Positions 12,990 through 28,345 of a stretch of 64,000 nt of DNA are shown one piece after another. The position numbers and the translations under genes were made by a program. The DNA is from Eledone cirrhosa. Taxonomy: Eukaryota. Position 1 is the first letter of the stretch. Every line of letters begins with the position of its first letter. The notes below the pieces were generated by a model. The model saw only the letters and a list, made by a program, of their open reading frames with translations. It was not told where the DNA came from and searched no databases. Location: positions 14,260,001 through 14,324,000 of the forward strand of contig OZ024744.1 in NCBI GenBank assembly GCA_964016885.1, given 5' to 3'.

Positions 12990-15900
12990 AGGTACATCGT
13001 ACTTTTATTGGTATATTGTATATCTATTGGTATATTGTTTATCTATTGATATATTGTATATCTATTGGTATATTGCGTATCTATTGGTATATTGTATACA
13101 CATTGTTATATTGTATATATATATTGGTAAATTGTATATCTATTGGTATATCTATTAGTATATTGTATATCTATTTGTATATTGTATATCGATTGGTATA
13201 TCTACTGTTATATTTTATATCTATTGGTATATCTATTGATATATTGTATGTCTATTGCTATAATGTATATCTATTTCTATATTGTGTATATATGTTGCTA
13301 TATTGTATATATATATATATATTTATAAATATATATTGGTATATTGTATATCTATTGGTATATTGGTATAATGTATATATATTGGTATATTATATATATA
13401 TATAGGTATATTGTATACCCATTGGTATATTGGGATATTATATATATATATTGGTATATTGTATATCTATTGGTATATTTGTATATTGTATATATATTGG
13501 GGTATATTGTATATCTATTGGTGAATTGTTATATCTATTGTTATGTTGTATATCTATTAGTATATTGTATATATATACGTATATTGTCTATGTATTGGTA
13601 TATTGATATATCTGTTGCTATTTTGTAAATCAATTGGTAAATTGCATATCTATTTGTATGATATATCTATTGGTATATTGAATATTTATTGGTATATTTT
13701 ATATCTATTGGTATATCGATTGTTATATAGTGTTATAGTGTTTTAACACTCTATATCAATGGATATAACAATAGATATAAAATAAACCAATAAATATGCA
13801 ATATACCAATATATATACATTATACCAATATACCAATAGATATACAATATCTATATGGTATATCTATTGGTATATTGAATATCTACTGATATATCTATTG
13901 CTGTATTGTATATAAAGTGGTATATTGTAAATCTAATTGTATATTGTATATCTATTGCTATATTGTATAGCTATTGGTATATTGTATATCTATTGTTATA
14001 TTGTATATCTAATGGTATACCTATTGGAATATTGTACATCTATTGTCATATCTATTGGTATATCTATTGCTATATCTATTGCTCTATTGGTATATTTATT
14101 GGTTTATTGTATATCTATTGGTATATTGGTATATCAATTGGTATATTGTATATCTATATGTATTATTGTATATATATTGGTATATAGTATATCTATTGGT
14201 ATATTGTATATGTATTTATACGTTGGTATATATGTTGGTATATTGTATATCTATTATTATATCTATTTGTATATCTATTGCTATATCTAGTGGTATATTG
14301 TATATCTATTGATATATCTAGTGGTATATTGTATATATATTTGTATATTGTATATCTATTGGTGTATTGGTATATCTATTGGTATATTGTATATATATTG
14401 GTATATCTATTGTTATATTTTATATCTATAGGTATATCGTACTTCTATTGGTATATTGTATATCTATTCATATATTGTATATCAATTGTTATACTGTATA
14501 TCTATTTGTATACTGTATATCTTTTGGTATATTGTTTATCGATTGATATGTTGTATATCTATTGGTATATTGCATATATATTGGTATATTGCATAACTAT
14601 TGGTATATTCTATATCGATTCGTATATCTTCTGTTATATTTTATATCTATTGTTATAACCATTGATATCTTGTATATCTAAAGTATATTGTTTATCTTTT
14701 GATATATTTTTTATCTATTGGTATATTGCGTACCTATTGTTATATTGTATATCCATTGGGATATTGTATATCTATTGGTATATTGCATACGTATTGGTAT
14801 ATTGCATACGTATTGGTATATTGTATATCTATTAGTATATTTTACATCTATTGGTATATTGGTATATCTATTGATATATCTATTGCTATATAGTATATCC
14901 ATTGGTTTATTGTATATCTATTGGTATCTTTTATACCTATCGGTATATTGGTATATCTATTGGCATATTGTATATTTATTGGTATATCTATCGGTATATT
15001 GTATACCTATAGGTATATCGTAATTCTATTGGTATATTATTGGTATATTATTGGATTATTGTATATCTATTCGTATATTGTATATCTATTGCTATATTGG
15101 AATATTGTATATATATTGGTATATTGTATATCTATTGGTATATACTATATCTGTTGGCATATAGGTATATCTATTGGTATATTGTATATCTATTAGTGTA
15201 TCTATTGGTATATCATTATATCTATTGGTATATTGGTATATTGAATATATACATTGGTATATTTTATATATATATATATACATTGGTATATTGTATATAT
15301 ATATATTGGTATATTGCATATCTATTGGTATATTGGTATATTGTATATATATTGCTATATTTTATAACAATTGGTAAATTGTATATCTATAGGTATATTG
15401 TATATCTAATAGTATATTGTATATCTATACGTATATTGTTATATCTATTGCTTTATTTTTATATCTCTTAGTATATTGTATATATATACGTATATTGTAT
15501 ATCTATTGTTATATTGCATATCTATTGGTATATTGTATGTCTATTGGTATATCTATTGTTATATATGTTGGTATAACTATTGATATATATATTGCTATAT
15601 CTATTGCTATATATATTGCTATATCTATTGCTATATTGTATATGAATTGGTATATTGTAAATCTATTGTTATATTGTATATCTATTGGTATATTTTATAA
15701 TTATTGGTATACTGTATATCTATTTGTATATTGTATATCTATTTGTATATTGCTATATCTATTGGTATATTGTATATTTATAGGTATATAGGTATATATA
15801 TTGGTATATTGTATATATAGTGGTATATTGTATATCTATTGGTATATCGTATGTCTACTGCTATATTGGTATATATCTATTGGCATATTGTATATCTATT

Positions 15901-18900
15901 GGTATATTGCATATGTATTGATATATTGAATACGTATTTGTATATTGTATATCTATTAGTATATTTTATATCTATTGGTATGTTGGTATATATATTGGTA
16001 TATTGTATATCTATTGCTATATTGGTATATCTGTTGGTATATTGTATATCCATTGTTATATCTATTCCTATATCTATTGCTATATTTTATATCTATTGAT
16101 ATATCTATTGGTATAGTGTATATCTATTGCTATATTTTATATCTATCAGTATATTGGTATATCTATTGGTATATTGTATGTTTATTGGTATATCTATAGG
16201 TATATTGTATATCTATATGTATATCGTACTTCTATTGGTATATTGTATATCTCTTGGAATATTGTATAGCTATTGGTATATTGTTTATCTATTGATATAT
16301 TGTATATCTATTGTTATATAGCGTATCTCTTTGTATATTGTATACCCACTGGTATATTGAATATATATTGGTATACTGTATATCTATTGGTATATCTATT
16401 AGGATATTTTAGATCAATTGGTATATCTACTGTTATGTTGATATCTATTGGTATATCTATTGGTATATTGGTGTATTGCATAATTATTCGAATAAAGTAT
16501 ATCTATTTGTATATTGGAATATTGTGTATCTATTGGAATATTGTATGTCTATTGCTATATTGGTACATATATATTGGTACACTGTATATCTATTGGTATG
16601 TTGTATATCTATTGGTATATTCCATATCTGTTGGTAGATTGTAAATCTATTGTTATATTGTATATCTATTGGTATATTTTATAGTTATTGGATATTATAT
16701 ATATAATGGTATATCTATTGTTATATATTGAATATCCATTGATATATCTATTGCTGTATTGTATATAATTTGGTATATTGTAAACCTATTGGTATATTGT
16801 ATATCTCTTGCTATATTTTATAGCTATTGGTATATAGTATATCGATTGGTATATCGTATATATATGAGCATATTGTATATCTATTGGTATATTGGTATAT
16901 CTATTGGTATATTGTATATATATTGGTATATTGTATATATATTTGTGTATTGCTATATGTATTGGTTTATTGTATATCTATAAATATATTGGTATATCTA
17001 TTGGTATATTGTATATCTATTGGTATATTGTATGTCTATTGCTATATTGTATTTCTATTAGATATTGTATATCTATTGGTGAATTGGTATATTGTATATC
17101 TATTGGTATATTGTATATCTATTGGTATATTGCATGTCTATTTCTATATTGTATTTCTATTGCTATATTGTGTATGTATTGCTATATTGTATATATATTG
17201 GGATGTTGTATACCTATTGCTATATTGTATATCTATTGGTATATTGTACATCTAATGCTATATTGGTATATATGTATTGTATATTGTATATATATAGGTA
17301 TATCGTACGTCTATTGGTATATTGTATATCTATTGATATATTGTATAACTATTGGTATATTACGTATCTGTTGATATACCCATTGGTATATTGTATATAT
17401 ATATTGGTATATTGTATATCCATTGGTATATCTATTAGTATATTGTATATCGATTGGTATATCTATTGGTATATTGTATATCTATTGGGATATCTATTGG
17501 TATAATGTATGTCTATTGCTATATTGTATATATATTGCTATATTGTATATATATTGCTATATTGTATATCTATTGGTATATTGTATATCTATTGGTATAT
17601 TGGAATATTGTATATATATTGGTATATTGTATATTTATTGGTATATACTATATCTGTTGGCATATTAGTATATCTATTGGTATATTGTATATCTATTAGT
17701 ATATATATTGGTATATCATTATATCTATTGCTATATTGTATATATATTGGTATATTGTATATATATTGGTATATTGTATATATATATTGGTATATTGTAT
17801 ATATATTGGTATATTGGTATATTGTATATATATTGGTATATTGTATATATTGGTGTATTGTATTTATATTGCTATATATTTGTATATTCTATACCTATTG
17901 ATACATTGTATATCTATTGGTATATTGTATTTCTAATGGTATACCTTTTCCTATATTTTACATCTTTTCCTATATTGTATATCTATTGGTATATCTATGG
18001 GTATATTGTATATCCATTGTTATATCTATTGTTATATATATTGCTATATCTATTGCTATATTGTATATCTATTGGTATATTGTATATCTATTCGTGTATT
18101 GTATGTCTATTGGTATATTGTTTATGTATTGATATATTGCATATCTTTTGGTACATTGCGTATCTATTGGTATATTGTATACCCATTGGTATATTGTATA
18201 TATAGTGGTATATTATATATCCATTGGTATATCTATTATTATATTGTATGTCTATTGGTATATTGTATATCGATTGGTATATCTACTTTTATATTGTAAA
18301 TCTATTGTTATATCTTTTGGTATATTGTATCTCTATTGGCATATCTATTGGTATATTTTATGTCTATTGCTATATTGTATATCTATTGTTATATTGGTGT
18401 ATCTATTGGTATATTGTATATCTATTGTCATATCTATTGGTATATCTATTGCTATATCTATTGTTATATTGTATATCTATTGATATATTGGTATATTTAT
18501 TGGTATATCTATTGGTATATTGTATATCTATTGGTATATTGGTATATATATTGCTACATTTTATATCTATTGGTATATTGTAAATCTATTGGTATATTTT
18601 ATATATATTGATATATTGTATATGTATTGGTATATTTTATTTCTATTGCTATATTGTATATCTATTAGTATATAGTATATATATTGCTATATTGTATATC
18701 TATTGGTATATTGTATGTCTATTGCTATATTGGTATATATCTATTGGTATAGTGTATATCTATTGGTATATTGCATACCTATTGGTATATTGTATATCTA
18801 TTGTTATATCTTTTACTATGTTGTATATCTATGGAGATATCTAATGGTATATTGTATATCTATCGGTATATTGTATATCTATCGGTATATTGTATATCTA

Positions 18901-20956
18901 TTGCTATATTGTATATCTATTGGTATATTATATATCTATTGTTATATTGGATATCTATTGGTATATTGTTATATATATTGCTATATATATATATATTTAT
19001 TGGTATATTGTATATCTATTGGTGTATTGTATATCTATTGGTATATTGGTATATCTATTGGTATATTGTATATCTATTATCATATCTATTGGTATATCTA
19101 TTGCTATAACTATTGCTATTTTGTATATCTATTGGTATATTGTATATCTATTGGTATATTGTATATCTATTGGTATATTTGTTTATTGTATATATATAGG
19201 AATATTGTATATATGTTGCTATATTTTATATCTATTGTTATAGTGGTATATTGTATATCTATTGGTATATTGTATATCTATTGCTATATTGTATATCTAT
19301 TGGTATATTGTTATATATATTGCTATATTGTATATCTATTGGTATATTGTATTTCTATTGGTATATTGTATATCTATTGCTATATTGTATATCTATTGGT
19401 ATATTGTTATATATATTGCTATATTGTATATCTATTGGTATATTGTATTTCTATTGGTATATTGTATTTCTATTGGTATATTGTATATCTATTGCTATAA
19501 TGTACATCTATTGATATATTGTATGTGTATTGTTATATTGTATATCTATTGCTACATTGTATATATATATATCGGTATAATGTATATCTATTGATATATT
19601 GTATGTGTATTGTTATAGTGTATATCTATTGCTACATTGTATATATATATATCGGTATAATGTTGTATCTATTGATATATTGTATGTCTATTGGTATATT
19701 GTATATCTATCGGTATATTGTATGTCTATTGCTATATTGTATATATATCGGTATCTGGCATATGTATTGCTATATTCTATGTCTTTTGGTATATTTTATA
19801 TCTATTGGTATATGTATATCTATTGGGATTTTCTATATCTATTGGTATATTGGTATATCGTATATCGATTGGTACATTGTATATATTGTTGGTACATTGT
19901 ATATATAATTGTATATTGTATATATATTGGTATATTTGTTTATTGTATATATATATATTGGTATTTTGTATATATGTTGGTATATTTGTTTATTGTATAT
20001 CTATATATTGGTATATTGTATATATATTGGTATATTGTATATATATTGGCATATTGTATATCTATCGTTTTAGCGGTATATTGTATATATATTGGTATAT
20101 TTTATATCTACTGCTATATTGTATATCTATTGGTATATTGTATATCTATTGATATATTGTATATCTATTGGTATATTGTATATCTATTGCTATATTGTAT
20201 ATCTATTGCTATGTTGTATATCTATTAGTATATTGGATATCTATTGGTATATTGTTATATATATTGCTATATTGTATATATCTATTGGTATATTGTATAT
20301 CTATTGGTGTATCGTATATCTATTGCTATAATGTACATATATTGATATATTGTATGTGTATTGCTATATTGTATGTCTATTGCTATATTGTATATCTATT
20401 GGTATATTGTATATCTATTGGTATATTGTATATCTATTGATATATTGTATGTGTATTGTTATATTGTATATCTATTGCTATATTATATATCTATTGGTAT
20501 ATTGTATATCTATTGGTGTATTGTATATGTATTGGTATATTGTATATCTATTGGTATATCTATTGGTATATCTATTGGTATATCTATTGGTATATCTATT
20601 GCTTTATCTATTGCTATATTGTTTATCTATTGGTATATATATTGGTATACTGTATGTCTATTGCTATATTGTATATCTATTGTTATATGGTATGTGTATT
20701 GATATATTGTATATCCTTTGGTATATTGTATACCAATTGCGATATTGTTTATCTTTTGGTTATTGTATGTCTATTGCCATATTGCTATATATATATATAT
20801 ATATATATATTTATTGGTAGATTGTATATCTATTGGTATATGGTATATATATTGGTATATTGGTATATTTATTGGTATATTGTATATCTATTGTCATATC
20901 TATTGGTATATCTATTGCTATAACTATTGCTATTTTGTATATCTATTGGTATATTC

Positions 20957-23900
20957 TATTGGTATATTGTATATCTATTGGTATATTGTATATCTATTGG
21001 TATATTTGTTTATTGTATATATATAGGAATATTGTATATATGTTGCTATATTGTATATCTATCGTTATAGTGGTATATTGTATATATATTGGTATATTGT
21101 ATATCTATTGCTATATTGTATATCTATTGCTACATTGTATATATATATATCGGTATAATGTATATCTATTGATATATTGTATGTGTATTGTTATAGTGTA
21201 TATCTATTGCTACATTGTATATATATATATCGGTATAATGTATATCTATTGATATATTGTATGTCTATTGGTATATTGTATATCTATCGGTATCTTGCAT
21301 ATGTATTGCTATATTGTATGTCTTTTGGTATATTTTATATCTATTGGTATATGTATATCTATTGGGATATTGTATATCTATTGGTATATTGTATATCTAT
21401 TGGTATATTGTATATCGATTCGTATATCTTCTCTACTATGGTATATCTATTGATATAACTATTGGTATATTGTATATCTATTGGTATATCTATTGGTATA
21501 TCTATTGCTATATCTATTGCTATATTGTATATCTATTGATATAACTATTGGTATGTTGTATATCTCTTGGTATTTTGTATATCTATTGGTATATTTTTAT
21601 ATCTATTAATATATTGTATATCTATTGGTATATCTATTGGTATATTGTATATCCATTGGTATATTGTATACCTATTGGTATATCTATTGATATAACTATT
21701 GGTATATTGTATATCTATTGGTATATCTATTGCTATATTGTATATCTATTGATATAACTATTGGTATGTTGTATATCTCTTGGTATTTTGTATATCTATT
21801 GTTATATTTTTATATCTATTAATATATTGTATATCTATTGGTATATCTATTGGTATATTGTATATCCATTGGTATATTGTATACCTATTGGTATATTGTA
21901 TATCTATTGTTATATTGTATATCTATTGTTATAACTATTGACATATTTTATATCAAATGTTATATCTATTCGTATATTGTATGTCTATTGCTATATTTTA
22001 TATCTATTGCTATATCGTATATCTATTGCTATATTGAATATCTATTGATATATATATTGCTATATTGTCTGTAAATTGGTATATCTTAAAACTATTGGTA
22101 TATTGTATATCTATTGGTATATTGTATATCTATTGGTATATTTGTTTATTGTATATATATAGGAATATTGTATATATGTTGCTATATTGTATATCTATCG
22201 TTATAGTGGTATATTGTATATATATTGGTATATTGTATATCTATTGCTATATTGTATATCTATTGCTACATTGTATATATATATATCGGTATAATGTATA
22301 TCTATTGATATATTGTATGTGTATTGTTATAGTGTATATCTATTGCTACATTGTATATATATATATCGGTATAATGTATATCTATTGATATATTGTATGT
22401 CTATTGGTATATTGTATATCTATCGGTATCTTGCATATGTATTGCTATATTGTATGTCTTTTGGTATATTTTATATCTATTGGTATATGTATATCTATTG
22501 GGATATTGTATATCTATTGGTATATTGTATATCTATTGGTATATTGTATATCGATTCGTATATCTTCTCTACTATGGTATATCTATTGATATAACTATTG
22601 GTATATTGTATATCTATTGGTATATCTATTGGTATATCTATTGCTATATCTATTGCTATATTGTATATCTATTGATATAACTATTGGTATGTTGTATATC
22701 TCTTGGTATTTTGTATATCTATTGGTATATTTTTATATCTATTAATATATTGTATATCTATTGGTATATCTATTGGTATATTGTATATCCATTGGTATAT
22801 TGTATACCTATTGGTATATCTATTGATATAACTATTGGTATATTGTATATCTATTGGTATATCTATTGCTATATTGTATATCTATTGATATAACTATTGG
22901 TATGTTGTATATCTCTTGGTATTTTGTATATCTATTGTTATATTTTTATATCTATTAATATATTGTATATCTATTGGTATATCTATTGGTATATTGTATA
23001 TCCATTGGTATATTGTATACCTATTGGTATATTGTATATCTATTGTTATATTGTATATCTATTGTTATAACTATTGACATATTTTATATCAAATGTTATA
23101 TCTATTCGTATATTGTATGTCTATTGCTATATTTTATATCTATTGCTATATCGTATATCTATTGCTATATTGAATATCTATTGATATATATATTGCTATA
23201 TTGTCTGTAAATTGGTATATCTTAAAACTATTGGTATATTGTATATCTATTGGTATATTGTATATCTATTGGTATATTTGTTTATTGTATATATATAGGA
23301 ATATTGTATATATGTTGCTATATTGTATATCTATCGTTATAGTGGTATATTGTATATATATTGGTATATTGTATATCTATTGCTATATTGTATATCTATT
23401 GCTACATTGTATATATATATATCGGTATAATGTATATCTATTGATATATTGTATGTGTATTGTTATAGTGTATATCTATTGCTACATTGTATATATATAT
23501 ATCGGTATAATGTATATCTATTGATATATTGTATGTCTATTGGTATATTGTATATCTATCGGTATCTTGCATATGTATTGCTATATTGTATGTCTTTTGG
23601 TATATTTTATATCTATTGGTATATGTATATCTATTGGGATATTGTATATCTATTGGTATATTGTATATCTATTGGTATATTGTATATCGATTCGTATATC
23701 TTCTCTACTATGGTATATCTATTGATATAACTATTGGTATATTGTATATCTATTGGTATATCTATTGGTATATCTATTGCTATATCTATTGCTATATTGT
23801 ATATCTATTGATATAACTATTGGTATGTTGTATATCTCTTGGTATTTTGTATATCTATTGGTATATTTTTATATCTATTAATATATTGTATATCTATTGG

Positions 23901-24392
23901 TATATCTATTGGTATATTGTATATCCATTGGTATATTGTATACCTATTGGTATATCTATTGATATAACTATTGGTATATTGTATATCTATTGGTATATCT
24001 ATTGCTATATTGTATATCTATTGATATAACTATTGGTATGTTGTATATCTCTTGGTATTTTGTATATCTATTGTTATATTTTTATATCTATTAATATATT
24101 GTATATCTATTGGTATATCTATTGGTATATTGTATATCCATTGGTATATTGTATACCTATTGGTATATTGTATATCTATTGTTATATTGTATATCTATTG
24201 TTATAACTATTGACATATTTTATATCAAATGTTATATCTATTCGTATATTGTATGTCTATTGCTATATTTTATATCTATTGCTATATCGTATATCTATTG
24301 CTATATTGAATATCTATTGATATATATATTGCTATATTGTCTGTAAATTGGTATATCTTAAAACTATTGGTATATTGTATATCTATTGGTAT
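20957..24392. repeat. Near-identical 1136-bp tandem triplication inside the satellite
   Basis: Identical ORFs at 21177/22313/23449 and 21838/22974/24110. Confidence 0.93.
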
Positions 24393-24889
24393 ACTGTATA
24401 TCTATTGGTATATGTTTTTGGGACAGTGTATATCTATTGGTATATTGTATATCTATTGGTATATTGTATATCTAATGGTATATCTCTTAGTATTTTGTAT
24501 ATCTATTGTTATATTGTATATCTATTGGTATATCTATTGGTATATTGTATATCTATTGGTACATTGTTTATCTATTGGTATATTGTATATTTATTGGTTT
24601 ATTGTATGTCTATTGGTATCTCGTGTATGTATTGGTATATTGTATATCAATTGGTATATTGTATATCGATTGGTATATTGTATGTCTATTGGTGTATCTA
24701 TTGGTATATCTATTGCTATATTGTATATCTATGGAAATATCTATCGGTATTTCGTATATCTATGGGTATATTTTATATATATTGATATATTGTATACCTA
24801 TTGGTATATTGTATAAATATATTGGTATATTGTACATATATTGGTATACTTTATATATGTTGGTATATTGGTATATCTGTTGGTATATT

Positions 24890-27800
24890 GTATATCTATT
24901 GTTATATCATTTGGTATATCTATTGCTATATATATTGCTATGTTGTATATCTCTTGATATACCTCTTGGTATATTGTATATCTATTGGTGTATTGTATAT
25001 CTAGAGGTATATCGTTCTTTTATTGGTATATTGTATATCTATTGATATATTGTATATCTATTGGTATATTGTATGTCTATTGCTATATTGTATATCTATT
25101 GGTATATTTTACATGTATTTGTATATTATATATCTATTGGTATATTGTATATCTATTGTTATATTGTATATCTATTGCTATATTTTATATCTATTGCTAT
25201 TGTGTATGTCTATTACTATATTGGTATATATCTATTGCTATATTGTATATCTATTGCTATATTGTGTATATATTAGTATATCTATTGGTATATCTATTGC
25301 TATATTTTATATCTATGGATATATCTATTGGTATATTGTATATCTATTGGTATATTTTATATCTATTGGTATATTGTATATCTATTTGTATATTGTATAC
25401 CTAGTGGTACATTGTATATCTATTGGTATATTTTATATTTTTATTTGTATATTGTATACCTATTGGTACATTGTATATCTATTGTATATCTATTGTATAT
25501 TGTATATCTAAAGGAATATATTTTCCTATATTGTATAACCTTTCCTATATTGTATATCTATTGGTATATTGGTATATCTATTGGTATATTGTATATCTAT
25601 TGGTATATTGGTATATCTGTTGCTATATTGTATATCCATTGTTATATCTATTGGTATATCTATTGCTATATCTATTGCCATATTGTATATCTATTGATAT
25701 ATCTATGAGTATATTGTATATCTATTGGTTTATTGTATATCTATCGGTATATTTTATATCTATTGTATATTGGTATATCTATTTGTATAATGTATATCTA
25801 TTGGTATATTGTATGTCTATAGGTATATCGTAATTCTATTGGTATATTGTATATCTATTGGTATATTATATATCTATTGGTATATTGTTTATCTATTGAT
25901 ATATTGTATATCTTTTGGTATATTCCGTATCTATTGGTATATTGTGTACCCAATGCTTTATTGTATATATAGTGGTATATTGTATATCTATTGGTATATC
26001 TATAAGTATATTGTATATCTATTGTTATATTGTATATCGATTGGTATATCTACTTTTATATTGTATATCTATTGGTATATCTTTTGGTATATTTTATCTC
26101 TATTCTTATATCTATTGCTATATTGTATGTCTATTGCTATATTGTATATCTATTGGTATATTGTATGTGTATTGCTATATTGTATATCTTTTGGTATATT
26201 GTATACCAATTGCTATATTGTTTATCTATTGGATTGTTGTATGTCTATTGCTATATTGCTATATATATATATATATATTGGTAGTTTGTATATCTATTGG
26301 TATATTGTATATCTATTGGTATATTGTATATATATGAGTATATTGGTATATCTATTGGTATATTCTATATCTATGATCATATCTATTGATATATCTATTG
26401 CTATATCTACTGCTATATTGTATATCTATTGGTATATTCTATTGGTATATTGTGTATCTATTGGTATGTTCGTATATCTATTGGTATATTGTATATGTAT
26501 TGTTACAGCGGTATATTGTATATATATATTAGTATATTGTATATCTATTGCTAGATTTTATATCTATTGATATAATGTATATCTATTGGTATATTTTATA
26601 TCTATTGCTATATTGTATATCTATTGTTATATCATTTGGTATATCTATTGCTATATATATTGCTATGTTGTATATCTCTTGATATACCTCTTGGTATATT
26701 GTATATCTATTGGTGTATTGTATATCTAGAGGTATATCGTTCTTTTATTGGTATATTGTATATCTATTGATATATTGTATATCTATTGGTATATTGTATG
26801 TCTATTGCTATATTGTATATCTATTGGTATATTTTACATGTATTTGTATATTATATATCTATTGGTATATTGTATATCTATTGTTATATTGTATATCTAT
26901 TGCTATATTTTATATCTATTGCTATTGTGTATGTCTATTACTATATTGGTATATATCTATTGCTATATTGTATATCTATTGCTATATTGTGTATATATTA
27001 GTATATCTATTGGTATATCTATTGCTATATTTTATATCTATGGATATATCTATTGGTATATTGTATATCTATTGGTATATTTTATATCTATTGGTATATT
27101 GTATATCTATTTGTATATTGTATACCTAGTGGTACATTGTATATCTATTGGTATATTTTATATTTTTATTTGTATATTGTATACCTATTGGTACATTGTA
27201 TATCTATTGTATATCTATTGTATATTGTATATCTAAAGGAATATATTTTCCTATATTGTATAACCTTTCCTATATTGTATATCTATTGGTATATTGGTAT
27301 ATCTATTGGTATATTGTATATCTATTGGTATATTGGTATATCTGTTGCTATATTGTATATCCATTGTTATATCTATTGGTATATCTATTGCTATATCTAT
27401 TGCCATATTGTATATCTATTGATATATCTATGAGTATATTGTATATCTATTGGTTTATTGTATATCTATCGGTATATTTTATATCTATTGTATATTGGTA
27501 TATCTATTTGTATAATGTATATCTATTGGTATATTGTATGTCTATAGGTATATCGTAATTCTATTGGTATATTGTATATCTATTGGTATATTATATATCT
27601 ATTGGTATATTGTTTATCTATTGATATATTGTATATCTTTTGGTATATTCCGTATCTATTGGTATATTGTGTACCCAATGCTTTATTGTATATATAGTGG
27701 TATATTGTATATCTATTGGTATATCTATAAGTATATTGTATATCTATTGTTATATTGTATATCGATTGGTATATCTACTTTTATATTGTATATCTATTGG

Positions 27801-28345
27801 TATATCTTTTGGTATATTTTATCTCTATTCTTATATCTATTGCTATATTGTATGTCTATTGCTATATTGTATATCTATTGGTATATTGTATGTGTATTGC
27901 TATATTGTATATCTTTTGGTATATTGTATACCAATTGCTATATTGTTTATCTATTGGATTGTTGTATGTCTATTGCTATATTGCTATATATATATATATA
28001 TTGGTAGTTTGTATATCTATTGGTATATTGTATATCTATTGGTATATTGTATATATATGAGTATATTGGTATATCTATTGGTATATTCTATATCTATGAT
28101 CATATCTATTGATATATCTATTGCTATATCTACTGCTATATTGTATATCTATTGGTATATTCTATTGGTATATTGTGTATCTATTGGTATGTTCGTATAT
28201 CTATTGGTATATTGTATATGTATTGTTACAGCGGTATATTGTATATATATATTAGTATATTGTATATCTATTGCTAGATTTTATATCTATTGATATAATG
28301 TATATCTATTGGTATATTTTATATCTATTGCTATATTGTATATCT
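24890..28345. repeat. Near-identical ~1725-bp tandem duplication inside the satellite
   Basis: Identical ORFs at 24985/26710 and 25423/27148. The copies differ by a 2-bp indel in a (TA) run. Confidence 0.9.
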
